A stretch of DNA of 64,000 bases. Origin: Eledone cirrhosa (taxonomy: Eukaryota). Numbering within the stretch: position 1 is the stretch's first letter; each line of letters begins with the position of its first letter. Both the position numbers and the translations under genes were made by a program. Under the pieces are notes generated by a model. It made no database searches and was not told where the DNA came from. It saw only the letters and a list, made by a program, of their open reading frames with translations. This document shows, in pieces, positions 26,379 to 40,985 of this stretch. The stretch lies in contig OZ024766.1 in assembly GCA_964016885.1 (NCBI GenBank), positions 16,802,001-16,866,000 of the forward strand, written 5' to 3'.

Positions 26379-29300
26379 AATAATTCTTCTTCCCTTGGCA
26401 GAATTTACAGATGTTATTCTTTAATATTTTTTATATTATATTCCTAAAAAATATTTCTTTTGTCATATTTCCCTCAATTATGATCTCAGTTAATACCTGA
26501 AGATGATCAAACTTCTTTGTCATTGAAGTTGAGTTAAAATACAAAATATAGTGAAGAAAAGGAATTTTGTCTTTAAACTCAATTCTGAGGAAATATATCA
26601 CAGTAATTCTGATAGATTTATATAAACAGTTTTATATAAGTTCTGTTTAAAAAGTTTTAATCTTCAAATGATGATAAATAGAGGTGATGTATCCAAGATT
26701 GAAAATAATAATTTTCACAGTAATTCTGAAAGATTTATATAAACAGTGTTATATAAGTTCTGTTTAAAAAGTTTTAATCTTCAAATGATGATAAATAGAG
26801 GTGATGTATCCAAGATTGAAAATAATAATTTATCCTAATGTCATCTGATATTCTGAAATGAAAAAGAAACAGTATGAGATAATAGAGAATACTTAAGAAG
26901 CAGAGATAGATTTAACAGTGGAAATTTTACATCTATAAACCCTGGAAACTTTTTATTGAAAAATCAAATTATTTTAGTTTTTAATTAGTTACAAGAAATC
27001 TTTCTCCACACCTGCAACCATGAGTGTATCTGGGGTTCTTTTCTCTTCAGAGAGATGGATCCTCATGAGGTGGAGAGAATACTTTGCTGATCTCCCAAAC
27101 CCGATCACAACAGCATCTTCGGATGTACATGAGGTGAATCTGATAGCGGTGACTAATCTCTCGGAGGCTGAGGTCACAAGAGCAATTAAAGAGCTCAAAT
27201 GTGACCGACTCATGTGTGTCAGATGGCCTGGGTCTCTGAAATGGCACTCAAGCAAAGGCAATCGGGAGTGATAATCCCAATTTATAAAAAGGGACACACG
27301 AGAGGTTGTTCCAAATAGAGAGGGATCACCTTGTTAAGACTCCCTGGTAAAGTATATGCAAAGTTTCTGGCAAAGTGATGTAGCGAGTCCAAGCTAGCTG
27401 ATGGACAGTGCTGTTTTCTCCCTGGGTGCAACATAACCCACCAAATATTCACACTGTGGCAGGTCTTTGAGAAATCGTGGGAGTATTGCTAAGAGGTATA
27501 TATTATCGTTTTATAGACCTTGAAAATGCACATGAACGCATTCTTCAGGACCTGCTGAGCATACAGGAGTTCCCATGGGCAGCCAGTCTTAAACATCTCT
27601 GTTATAGGCTGCAGGACGATAATAACTAAGTGAGGGCTAAGAACAGAGCCCTGGTGGACACCAGACTACACTCCAAATTATTCACTATAATTGTTTCTAT
27701 TTTAAACACAAGGCCAGCAATTACCCAGTACATTACTGGTACTTTATTTTATCAACCCCGTATGGATGTAAGTCAAAGTTAACCTCGGCGGGATTTGAAC
27801 TCAGATCATAAAGGGACGTAACTCTGTGCCTCAAAGCATGGTGTCCGACTCTCTACCGATACTGCCACTTCACTATAATGAATGTTAATCCTGACATTGC
27901 TGACTGCTCTTCTATACATGGCTTTATGATCCTCTATACAAGACATGTATCAGACGGTTATTCAGCTAGCTCTTTAGAGTATTAGAACCTTATTATGTAC
28001 AGCCACCGAGATCCCACACCAACAGATGTCCCTTCACCATCAAAGCAGTTCCCTGAAATACAGATACTCAACCACTACTTGGCTGGCTAACTCAGACATA
28101 ATTATAATGAAATGAAACCCACAATAAAGTAATGTTCAACCATAAGTAGATGAAGTTAATTAAATTGTAAGAGATTTAGACTAAAATAGACAAAATATTA
28201 ATTTACTTAAAGCAACAACAAGGTACAGCTAAATATAAAATATATTTTATAATGTACGGTAGTGAACCACATAATTAAATAGACGGAGGTAATTTAAATA
28301 ATAAATATATCTTTAATTTATTTAAAGCAATAACAAGGTACAGCTAAATATAAACTATATTTTATAATGTACGGTAGTGAACAAGATAATTAAATAGACG
28401 GAGGTAATTTAAATAATAAAGACAGTCATAACAATATATTTTATATCACATGTAACAGTGGAATCTGGTTAATTACTAGGTCGTTGAAGGGGTCACATAA
28501 TTATATTATTTACACACATTAATATAGACAGTAAAGTAAATCTTTGTCAACTTACTTCCTTCACATATAATCAATGTATTGTGTTGTTAGTTGTTACTAA
28601 ACAACCAAAGAAATAATCTCTTTGTTATCAAATTAGAAGTTCCAATGTTATCAGCTTTATTTCACGACATTAACGTTGGTGTATCTTCTTCATCTTTAGT
28701 CATAAATTGATATCTTGTCAGAATGAAGTAGTGAGACTGACTTTATGTCTTTAGCTACAGATTTGATAGGAAATATATATATTAGGTTGATATGTGGTCT
28801 AAAATATATATATTGTCTATAAATGACTGAGCGCAGATGTTCTGGTGAAATAGTAGTTTTACTACTACAGATTGTAATGGAACTCTTAGTAGACACAATT
28901 GTAAAGTAAGAATATATATGACAGTGTAAGACTGATGTCGGGGAATTAAAATTGTGTGTGTGTATATATATATAATTGTTACACAAGATATAATTAGATT
29001 AATTAAAGTTATAACGAAGACAGCAGGTACTCGGTGTCTTAGCGAATGTTTCGACTCTCGTACGGTGTCAAACGTGAAAAGTCCCTGACATAATTTAGTA
29101 CCTTCACACACATTTCCAGTCGTATTTAATTCTATAGTGATGTGATTTATTAAAAAGAAATGTGATAATTGTTTCTACTTTTGGCACAAGGCCAGCAATT
29201 ACCCTAGTGTATTACTGGTACATTATTTTATCGACCCCGTAATAATTGTTTCTACTTTAGGCACAAGGCCAGTAAATACGCCAGTGAATTACTGGTACTT

Positions 29301-29445
29301 TATTTTATCGACACCGTAATAATTGTTTCTAATTTAGGCACAAGGCCAGCAAATACCCCAGTACATTATTGGTACTTTATTTTATCGACCCCGTAGGGAT
29401 GAAAGGCAAAGCTAACCTCTGAGGGATTAACTTTGCTTTTCATCC

Positions 29446-31637
29446 TTATCTCTATACATATAGAAAATGGACAGAGTGTGTACTTCACTGAAACCACTGC
29501 TCATCAATTGACACCAGCACCACCTGACACTACTCTAACTGCTTTTTTGAAACTCTGCCAGAATAAAGAATTTGTTCGATCCCTCCTATATGCTGACATC
29601 CCAAAATACTACACCTGGACCAATTGTAAGACTTGGAATCAAAGGAGGCAGGGTCATTTAGTGGAAGGTGATGAAGTCAAGGCAAGTGATGCTATTGGGC
29701 ATGTTTACAATGACCACCCCAACAACAGAGAGAGTTTTTATTTACAGCCACTTCTGCATATTGTTCAAGGACCAACGTCATTTGAGGATCTCAGGTGATT
29801 TCGTGGAAGAGTGCAGCATATACCAAGAAGCATCTAAAGAACATCAACTCATGCATGGCAATTGACATTAGAAGAAGCAGTCACTGGAGTAGCCAGTTAA
29901 ATAAGACAGCCATGGACTCCTGTATGACAACTGACATTGGAAGAAGGGACTAGAAGGAGCAGTCACTGGAGTAGCCAGTTAAATAAGACAGCCATGGACT
30001 CCTGTATGACAACTGACATTGGAAGAAAAGAGTAGAAGGAGCAGTCACTGCAGTGGCCAGTTAAATAAGACAGCCATGGACTCCTGTATGACAACTGACA
30101 TTGGAAGAAGGGACTAGAAGGAGCAGTCACTGTAGTAGTCAGTTAAATAAGACAGCCATGGACTCCTGTATGACAACTGGCATTGGAAGAAGGGACTAGA
30201 AGGAGCAGTCACTGGAGTAGCCAGTTAAATAAGACAGCCATGGACACCTGTATGACAACTGACATTGGAAGAAGGGACTAGAAGGAGCAGTCACTGGAGT
30301 AGCCAGTTAAATAAGACAGCCATGGACACCTGTATGACAACTGACATTGGAAGAAGGGACTAGAAGGAGCAGTCAGAGGAGTAGCCAGTTAAATAAGACA
30401 GCCATGGACACCTGTATGACAACTGACATTGGAAGAAGGGACTAGAAGGAGCAGTCACTGGAGTAGCCAGTTAAATAAGACAGCCATGGACACCTGTATG
30501 ACAACTGACATTGGAAGAAGGGACTAGAAGGAGCAGTCAGAGGAGTAGCCAGTTAAATAAGACAGCCATGGACTCCTGTATGACAACTGACATTGGAAGA
30601 AGAGACTAGAAGTAGCAGTCTCTGGAGTAGCCAGTTAAATAAGACAGCCATGGACTCCTGTATGACAACTGAGATTGGAAGAAGAGACTAGTAGGAGCAG
30701 TCACAGGAGTAGCCAGTTAAATAAGACAGCCATGGACTCCTGTATGACAACTGACATTGGAAGAAGAGACTAGTAGGAGCAGTCACAGGAGTAGCCAGTT
30801 AAATAAGACAGCTATGGACTCCTGTATGACAACTGACATTGGAAGAAGGGACTAGAAGGAGCAGTCACTGGAGTAGCCAGTTAAATAAGACAGCCATGGA
30901 CACCTGTATGACAACTGACATTGGAAGAAGGGACTAGAAGGAGCAGTCAGAGGAGTAGCCAGTTAAATAAGACAGCCATGGACTCCTGTATGACAACTGA
31001 CATTGGAAGAAGAGACTAGAAGTAGCAGTCTCTGGAGTAGCCAGTTAAATAAGACAGCCATGGACTCCTGTATGACAACTGAGATTGGAAGAAGAGACTA
31101 GTAGGAGCAGTCACAGGAGTAGCCAGTTAAATAAGACAGCCATGGACTCCTGTATGACAACTGACATTGGAAGAAGAGACTAGTAGGAGCAGTCACAGGA
31201 GTAGCCAGTTAAATAAGACAGCTATGGACTCCTGTATGACAACTGACATTGGAAGAAGAAACTAGAAAGAGCAGTCACTGGAGTAGCCAGTTACATAAGA
31301 CAGCCATGGATTCCTGTATGACAACTGACATTGGAAGAAGAGACTAGTAGGAGCAGTCACAGGAGTAGCCAGTTAAATAAGACAGCCATGGACACCTGTA
31401 TGACAACTAACATTGGAAGAAGGGACTAGAAGGATCAGTCACTGGAGTAGCCAGTTAAATAAGACAGTTGTTTGCTACTATACTCACGGCATGTGGAATA
31501 AATCTCATCTACCCTGGCAGGAGTACAAAAACAATATGTCAGACGACTATCTACACCTAGCCCAAAGACGTTATAGCAATATTTATGTGGAATCTACCTC
31601 CAGGATTTACAATCAACCTGTGTGCAACCTGTCCCAT
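29446..31637 (+). mobile_element. Helitron fragment copy 4 with 82-bp array (~29864-31467)
   Basis: Appears identical to copy 3 at offset 10042. Confidence 0.88.
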
Positions 31638-33734
31638 TGAATTCCAGCAATGAATAGCAATGCGGGATGCCAGAGCCAGAAGAAATTGAGGTAATACAAT
31701 CAGTTTTTCAGGAGACAAACCATGATATTGAAGTGTTGCGTAAGTTTGTGGATGAAAATAAACCTTGACTGGTGGATGACCAGAAATATGCCTACCACAA
31801 CATCATGAAAAACATTCAACATGACAGCACCCAGCACTCACTGTAAATGAGGTTGGCATTAGGAAGGGCGTCCAGCTGTAGAAATCAAGCCAGAATCAGT
31901 TCCCGTCCCACCCTTGCAAGCAGGGAAAAAGCGGACGAGAAATGAAATGATGATGAATGATGATGTCCCTCCCATTTTTTCAATAGGGTCACTTTAACGA
32001 ATCAAAAGATAAATAGCAGAAAAACAGGCCCTAAAATATATTTTCCGTGCTATTTCCAACTTCACCTTTTCTCTATATATAGAGAGAGAGCGAGAGGACA
32101 ATTTGTCATGTCTTCATTACATTTATTGAGCAGTGAAGCACGTTTTGCTATCGATCAGCTCAAGGTTTGATCTGTATTGATCTAGCTTGACTCTGGAATT
32201 AAAAGCTTGTCAGACTTCTGTTGTGGTAATAATGTTACAATCCCTAGATATCATCATCATTGATTAATGTCTATCTTCCATGCTAGCATGGGTTGGACGG
32301 GTTTGTCGTATTTAGAAGCAAGTTAGGTCGGGTGACCGTGTCTCGCTCATATGTAAATATATATATAGCAGGCGCTGCAAAAAAGATCCGGAAACTAACC
32401 ATGCATCCCAGACATGGCTTCAAATGACCCAGGCGGGCAGGTGCAGCAAACAAACGTTGCATACCTGACCCTGTGCGTATCGACAATGGTAGGGTTGTAA
32501 CCATATCTTGTAACAGATAAAAAAAATTTTCCGGGAAAGACTGCCCTAACACCAGCTAGAGTTACCTCCCTTGACCTACTGCAACATCAAAACACGCTTT
32601 TTTGCGAAGAATGAACTCTGACGTGAACTTATCTCTAAAAACACATTCTGGGCCATGTAAAGAACACTTTTTAGTTATTTATACCCTTGAGAAGACCATC
32701 CAGGTGAAACGTACATCTTTTAACGGTCTGTTCTGCTATATTTTACTTTTCCACGTATATATATATATATTTATATATATATATCAACTAGAAATTGATT
32801 GACATATAAATAAACATATGAAACAATCACAGGGGATAATTTGTAAAAGTGTGTAAGCACACATAGCTAGGTAGGTAACTAAATAAAGTTTAACTAGAAC
32901 TTCAAAAATAGATACCTTAGAAAATGATTAATCTTCCTTGTATATATTCCATTAAAGAAATAAAGAAATATATTTCACCAATTAATCGATTGGTAAACGA
33001 CAGTAGCCAGATCTTGGATTCTCAACAAGGAAGAAGTCCAACCATCTGTGTTTACGCATCAAGTTCAAATCAGCGACTGACCAGAAACACGTGCTGTATC
33101 TACTAAAAATACACACATCATACCAGCTTCGTCCCAGTGGCGTGAATAGGGTTATTGACAACTAGAAACAGCAGTCAGGTCCTTTCAACAGAGTAGAGCT
33201 CTACAATTAAGGGGCCGTATTTATATATATATATATCCAAAATTAAGATAAATTAAAATAAAATTAATCTATAACAAATTATGGGTGTCATGCCAGAAAG
33301 ACAGGCGCCATATCACCCATAAAATAAGCTCCATGGAGCTTATTTTACGGTTGATATGGCGCCTGTCTTTCTGGCATGACACCCATAATTTGATATAGAT
33401 TAATTTTATTTTAATTTATCTTAATTTTGGATATATAGATATATATACAGAGAAAGAGAAGAGTAGACAAACAGACAATGACAAAGAAGAGGAATTAACC
33501 ACCCCAGTATTTCACTGGTATTTCATTTATTGACCTCAAAATATCAAAGCAACTTTACCTCAGTGGGATTTGTACTCTGAGAACTAGAACAGACACTGAA
33601 AATATATCAAGATGTACACACATGTATATAAGAACACATATAAACATACACATACATATATACACACACATATATACACAAATAAAGATAATCATATTCA
33701 TGGACAGAAATTTCTACACACTGACATATACACT

Positions 33735-33766
<32 letters not shown>

Positions 33767-34722
33767 GGAAAATGTTTAACCCCGACGGCAAAGCTCAAGC
33801 CATTTTGACGGTTATTTCTGGACTGTTTCCAGAAATAGCCATCGGGGTTAAACATTTTCCTATTACCCACTCTACTACCCTAAGTATTGAGTACTCTGGT
33901 GTGTATAAGGTCCATCTGTTTCTTTACCACACCTCCTTTGTTATATATATATATATAAGAAACGAAAGGAGCTGTGTGGTTACTGTAAACAAAGTTTAAG
34001 ATGGTAATATGGATGAAAGGAGAGAAGAAACCCTTCATCAGCTGTAAAACGACATCATAGATGTTTTGGCACATATATATAGTGTTTGTAAATTCTGTAC
34101 CATACAGATTTGTCAGCATAAGTCTTGGTTACAACTTCTACAAATAAAATGAAAGGAGAATAATTTCAGAACAAACAAGTTTTATTCAAAATACTAACAA
34201 CATTGGTGGCACTATTTTGGGTGAGTGATATGGTTTTTATCTTGTCTGATTGTGTTTCTGTTACATTAAGTAACCTTATGTTGGTACCACAACATTTAGA
34301 AAATGATTTACCACAGACATCACAGTGATATGGTTCCGCTCCTGTATATGTTAGTGTGTAGTGAAGCCACATTTAGAGAAGGATTTACCACAGACATCAC
34401 AGTTATAAGGTTCCTCTCCTGTATATGTTAGTGTCTAGTGAAGCCACATTTAGAGAATGATTTACTGCAGATATCACAATGATATGGTTCCTTTTCTGTA
34501 AATGTTAGTACTGAGTGAAGTGACTTATTTCAGAGAATGATTTCCCACAGATATCACAGTGATATGGCTTTTCTCCAGTATATATTTATGTTTGTATGTA
34601 GTTAATGTAGCAATGCAAGTAAATAATTTCTCCACAATATCACAGTGGTATGGCTTCTCACTCATATGAATGTATTTGTGTCTAATTAATTTACAATTTT
34701 GAGACAATGAGATATGACTTTG

Positions 34723-36420
34723 TTATGGTTTCTTACCTGTATGGGTATATTTGTGTTTAGTTAAACTACTTAATTGAGAGAATGATTTACCACAGATATC
34801 ACAGTGGTGTGGCTTCTCACCTGTATGGATACGTAAGTGTTGAGTTAAGGGACTACTTTGAGAGAATGATTTACCACAGATATCACAGCGATATGGTTTG
34901 TCTCCTGTATGTATACGTTTGTGACTAGTTAAATTACTACTAAAAGAGAATGATTTACCACAGATATCACAGTGATATGGCTTGTCACCTGTATGGGTAC
35001 GTTTGTGGCTAGTTAAGTGACTACTTAGAGAGAATGATTTACCACAGATATCACAGCGATATGGTTTTTCACCTGTATGTATACGCATGTGTGTAGTTAA
35101 GTTACTACTTTTATTGAATGATATACCACAGATATCACAGTGATATGGCTTCTCTCGTGTATGTATATGTTTGTGTGTAGTTAAATGACTACTTCGAGAG
35201 AATGATTTACCACAGATATCACAGTGATATGGCTTGTCACTTGTATGGGTATGTTTGTGGCTAGTTAAGTGACCACTTTCAGAGAATGATTTACCACAGA
35301 TATCACAGTGATATGGTTTCTCACCTGTATGTATACGCATGTGTTTAGTTAAGTTACTACTTTGAGAGAATGATTTACCACAGATATCACAGTGATATGG
35401 CTTCTCTCCTGTATGTATATGTTTGTGTGTAGTTAAGGTACAACTTTGAGAGAATGATTTACCACAGATATCACAGTGATATGGCTTGTCTCCTGTATGA
35501 GTACGTTTGTGGCTACTTAAGTGACCTCTTCCAGAGAATGATTTACCACAGATATCACAGTGATATGGCTTGTCTCCTGTATGGGTACGTATGTGGCTAG
35601 TTAAGGTACCACTTTCAGAGAATGATTTACCACAGATATCACAGTGATATGGCTTCTCTCCTGTATGTATATGTTTGTGTGTAGTTAAGGTAATACTTTG
35701 AGAGAATGATTTACCACAGATATCACAGTGATATGGCTTGTCTCCTGTATGGGTACGTATGTGGCTAGTTAAGGTACCACTTTCAGAGAATGATTTACCA
35801 CAGATATCACAGTGATTCGGCTTCTCTCCTGTATGTATATGTTTGTGTGTAGTTAAGTTACCATTTAGAGAGAATGATTTACCACAGATATCACAGTGAT
35901 ATGGCTTCTCTCCTGTATGTATATGTTTGTGTGTAGTTAAGGTACAACTTTGAGAGAATGATTTACCACAGATATCACAGTGATATGGCTTGTCTCCTGT
36001 ATGTGTACGTTTGTGGCTACTTAAGTGACCACTTTCAGAGAATGATTTACCACAGATATCACAGTGATATGGTTTCTCTCCTGTATGTAAACGTTTGTGG
36101 CTAGTTAAGTTACCACTTTCAGAGAATGATTTACCACAGACATCACAGTGATATGGCTTCTCTCCTGTATGTATATGTTCGTGTGTAGTTAAGGTACTAC
36201 TTTGAGAGAATGATTTACCACAGATATCACAGTGATATGGCTTCTCTACTGTATGTATACGTTTGTGTCTAGTTAAGGTACTACTTCGAGAGAATGATTT
36301 ACCACAGACATCACAGTGATATGGCTTCTCTCCTCTATCCTTTGACATCTCTTCTGGAATAGCCATATCTTTAGACATTGTTTCACATTTAATCTTCTTT
36401 TCACTCAATTTACTTTCCAT
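34723..36420 (-). CDS. Poly-C2H2 zinc-finger protein, 565 aa, identical translation to 24681-26378
   Basis: Intact ORF, offset exactly 10042. Confidence 0.9.
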   Translation of the reverse strand: MESKLSEKKIKCETMSKDMAIPEEMSKDRGEKPYHCDVCGKSFSRSSTLTRHKRIHTVEKPYHCDICGKSFSQSSTLTTHEHIHTGEKPYHCDVCGKSFSESGNLTSHKRLHTGEKPYHCDICGKSFSESGHLSSHKRTHTGDKPYHCDICGKSFSQSCTLTTHKHIHTGEKPYHCDICGKSFSLNGNLTTHKHIHTGEKPNHCDICGKSFSESGTLTSHIRTHTGDKPYHCDICGKSFSQSITLTTHKHIHTGEKPYHCDICGKSFSESGTLTSHIRTHTGDKPYHCDICGKSFSGRGHLSSHKRTHTGDKPYHCDICGKSFSQSCTLTTHKHIHTGEKPYHCDICGKSFSQSSNLTKHMRIHTGEKPYHCDICGKSFSESGHLTSHKHTHTSDKPYHCDICGKSFSRSSHLTTHKHIHTREKPYHCDICGISFNKSSNLTTHMRIHTGEKPYRCDICGKSFSLSSHLTSHKRTHTGDKPYHCDICGKSFSFSSNLTSHKRIHTGDKPYRCDICGKSFSQSSPLTQHLRIHTGEKPHHCDICGKSFSQLSSLTKHKYTHTGKKP

Positions 36421-39108
36421 AATAATTCTTCTTCCCTTGGCAGAATTTACAGATGTTATTCTTTAATATTTTTTATATTATATTCCTAAAAAATATTTCT
36501 TTTGTCATATTTCCCTCAATTATGATCTCAGTTAATACCTGAAGATGATCAAACTTCTTTGTCATTGAAGTTGAGTTAAAATACAAAATATAGTGAAGAA
36601 AAGGAATTTTGTCTTTAAACTCAATTCTGAGGAAATATATCACAGTAATTCTGATAGATTTATATAAACAGTTTTATATAAGTTCTGTTTAAAAAGTTTT
36701 AATCTTCAAATGATGATAAATAGAGGTGATGTATCCAAGATTGAAAATAATAATTTTCACAGTAATTCTGATAGATTTATATAAACAGTGTTATATAAGT
36801 TCTGTTTAAAAAGTTTTAATCTTCAAATGATGATAAATAGAGGTGATGTATCCAAGATTGAAAATAATAATTTATCCTAATGTCATCTGATATTCTGAAA
36901 TGAAAAAGAAACAGTATGAGATAATAGAGAATACTTAAGAAGCAGAGATAGATTTAACAGTGGAAATTTTACATCTATAAACCCTGGAAACTTTTTATTG
37001 AAAAATTAAATTATTTTAGTTTTTAAATAGTTACAAGAAATCTTCCTCCACACCTGCAACCATGAGTGCATTTGGGTTTCTCTTCTCTTCAGAGAGATGG
37101 ATCCTCATGAGGTGGAGAGAATACTTTGCTGATCTCCCAAACCCGATCACAACAGCATCTTCGGATGTACATGAGATGAATCTGATAGCGGTGACTAATC
37201 TCTCGGAGGCTGAGGTCACAAGAGCAATTAAAGAGCTCAAATGTGACCGACTCATGTGTATCAGATGGCCTGGGTCTCTGAAATGGCACTCAAGCAAAGG
37301 CAATCGGGAGTAATAATCCCAATTTATAAAAAGGGAGACACGAGAGATTGTTCCAAATAGAGAGGGATCACCTTGTTAAGCCTCCCTGGTAAAGTATATG
37401 CTAAGTTTCTGGCAAAGTGATGTAGCGAGTCGAAGCTAGCTGATGGACAGTGCTGTTTTTTCCCTGGGTGCAACATAACCCACCAAATATTCACACTGTG
37501 GCACGTCTTTGAGAAATCGTGGGAGTATTGCTAAGAGGTATATATTATCGTTTTATAGACCTTGAAAATGCATATGATCGCATTCTTCAGGACCTGCTGT
37601 GAATACAGGAGTTCCCATGGGCAGCCAGTCTTAAACATTTCTGTTATAGGCTGCAGGACGATAATAACTAAGTGAGGGCTAAGAACAGAGCCCTGGTGGA
37701 CACCAGACTACACTCCAGATTATTCACTATAATTGTTTCTATTTTAAACACAAGGCCAGCAATTACCCAGTACATTACTGATACTTTATTTTATAGACCC
37801 CATATGGATGTAAGGCAAAGTTAACCTCGGCGGGATTTGAACTCAGATCATAAAGGGACGTAACTCTGTGCCTCAAAGCATGGTGTCCGACTCTCTACCG
37901 ATACTGCCACTTCACTATGAATGTTAATCCTGACATTGCTGACTGCTCTTCTATACATGGCTTTATGATCCTCTATACAAGACATGTATCAGACGGTTAT
38001 TCAGCTAGCTCTTTAGAGTATTAGAACCTTATTATGTACAGCCACCGAGATCCCACACCAACAGATGTCCCTTCACCATCAAAGCAGTGCCCTGAAATAC
38101 AGATACTCAACCCCTACTTGGCTGGCTAAATCAAACATAATTAAAATGAAATGAAACCCACAATAAAGTAATGTTCAACCATAAGTAGCTGAAGTTAATT
38201 AAATTGTAAGAGATTTAGACTAAAATAGACAAAATATTAATTTACTTAAAGCAATAACAAGGTACAGCTAAATATAAACTATATTTTATAATGTAAGGTA
38301 GTGAACCACATAATTAAATAGACGGAGGTAATTTAAATAATAAATATATCTTTAACTTACTTAAAGCAATGACAAGGTACAGCTAAATATAAACTATATT
38401 TTATAATGTAAGGTAGTGAACAAGATAATTAAATAGACGGAGGTAATTTAGATAAAAATATCTTTAATTTACTTAAAGCAATAACAAGGTACAGCTAAAT
38501 ATAAACTATATTTTATAATGTAAGGTAGTGAACAAGATAATTAAATAGACGGAGATAATTTAAATAATAAAGACAGTCATGATAACTATATATTTTATAT
38601 CACATGTAACAGTGGAATCTGGTTAATTACTGGATCGTTGTAGGGGTGACATAATTATATTATTTACACACATTGATATAGACAGTAAAGTAAATCTTTG
38701 TCAACTTACCTCCTTCACATATAATCAATGTATTGTGTTGTTAGTTGTTACTAAACAACCAAAGAAATAATCTCTTTGTTATCAAATTAGAAGTTTCAAT
38801 GTTATCAGTTTTATTTCACGACATTAACGTTGGTGTATCTTCTTCATCTTTAGTCATAAATTGATATCTTGTCAGAATGAAGTAGTGAGGCTGACTTTAT
38901 GTCTTTAGCTACAGATTTGATAGGAAATATATATATATTAGGTTGATATGTTGTCTAAAATATATATATTGTCTATAAATGACTGATAGCAGATGTTCTG
39001 GTGAAATAGTAGTTTTACTACTACAGATCGTAATGGAACTCTTAGTAGACACAATTGTAAAGTAAGAATAGATATGACAGTGTAAGACTGATGTCGGGGA
39101 ATTAAAAT

Positions 39109-39139
<31 letters not shown>

Positions 39140-39527
39140 CACAAGATATAATTAGATTAATTAAAGTTATAACGAAGACAGCAGGTACTCGGTGTCTTAG
39201 CGAATGTTTCAACTCTCGTTCCGGTGTCAAACGTTAAAAGTCCCTGACATAATTTAATACCTTCAGACACATTTCCAGTCGTATTTAATTCTATAGTGAT
39301 GTGATTTATTAAAAAGAAATGTGATAATTGTTTCTACTTTTGGCACAAGGCAAGCAATTACCCTAGTGTATTACTGGTAATTGATTTTATCGATACCATA
39401 ATAATTGTTTCCACTTTAGGCACAAGGCCAGCAAATACCCCAGTATATTACTGGTACTTTATTTTATCGACCCCGTAGGGATGAAAGGCAAAGCTAACCT
39501 CTGAGGGATTAACTTTGCTTTTCATCC

Positions 39528-40985
39528 TTATCTCTATACATATAGAAAATGGACAGAGTGTGTACTTCACTGAAACCACTGCTCATCAGTTGACACCAGC
39601 ACCACCTGACACTACTCTAACTGCTTTTTTGAAACTCTGCAAGAATAAAGAATTTCTTCGATCCCTCCTATATGCTGACATCCCAAAATACTACACCTGG
39701 ACCAATTGTAAGACTTGGAATCAAAGGAAGCAGGGTCATTTAGTGGAAGGTGATGAAGTCAAGGCAAGTGATGCTATTGGGCATGTTTACAATGACCACC
39801 CCAACAACAGAGAGTTTTTATTTACAGCCACTTCTGCATATTGTTCAAGGACCAACGTCATTTGAGGATCTCAGGTGATTTGGTGGAAGAGTGCAGCACA
39901 TACCGAGAAGCATCTAAAGAACATCAACTCCTGCATGGCAATTGACATTGGAAGAAGAGACTAGAAGGAGCAGTCCCTGGAGTAGCCAGTTAAATAAGAC
40001 AGCCATGGACACCTGTATGACAACTGACATTGGAAGAAGAGACTAGAAGGAGCAGTCACTGGAAGAGCCAGTTAAATAAGAAAGCCATGGACTCCTGTAT
40101 GACAACTGACATTGGAAGAAGGGACTAGAAGGAGCAGTCACTGGAGTGGCCAGTTAAATAAGGCAGCCATGGACTCCTGCATGGCAATTGACATTGGAAG
40201 AAGAGACTAGAAGGAGCAGTCACTGGAGTAGCCAGTTAAATAAGACAGCCATGGACACCTGTATGACAACTGACATTGGAAGAATGGACTAGAAGGAGCA
40301 GTCACTGGAGTAGCCAGTTAAATAAGACAGCCATGGACACCTGTATGACAACTGTCATTGGAAGAAGAGACTAGAAGGAGCAGTCAGAGGAGTAGCCAGT
40401 TAAATAAGACAGCCATGGACACCTGTATGACAACTGTCATTGGAAGAAGAGACTAGAAGGAGCAGTCACTGGAGTAGCCAGTTAAATAAGACAGCCATGG
40501 ACACCTGTATGACAACTGTCATTGGAAGAAGAGACTAGAAGGAGCAGTCACTGCAGTAGCCAGTTAAATAAGACAGCCATGGACACCTGTATGACAACTG
40601 ACATTGGAAGAAGGGACTAGAAGGAGCAGTCACTGGAGTAGCCAGTTAAATAAGACAGCCATGGACACCTGTATGACAACTGACATTGGAAGAAGAGATT
40701 AGAAGGAGCAGTCACTGGAGTAGCCAGTAAAATAAGACAGCCATGGACTCCTGTATGACAACTGACATTGGAAGAAGGGACTAGAAGGAGCAGTCACTGG
40801 AGTAGCCAGTTAAATAAGACAGTTGTTTGCTACTATACTCACAGCATGTGGAATAAATCTCATCTACCCTGGCAGGAGTACAAAAACAATGTCAGACGAC
40901 TATCTACACCTAGATCAAAGATGTTATAGCAATATTTATGTGGAATCTACCTCCAGGATTTACAATCAATCTCTGTGCAACCTGT
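39528..40985 (+). mobile_element. Helitron fragment copy 5 with 82-bp array (~39942-40822, ~11 units)
   Basis: Homologous to 793-3400; extra 2-bp deletion frameshift near 39812. Confidence 0.88.
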
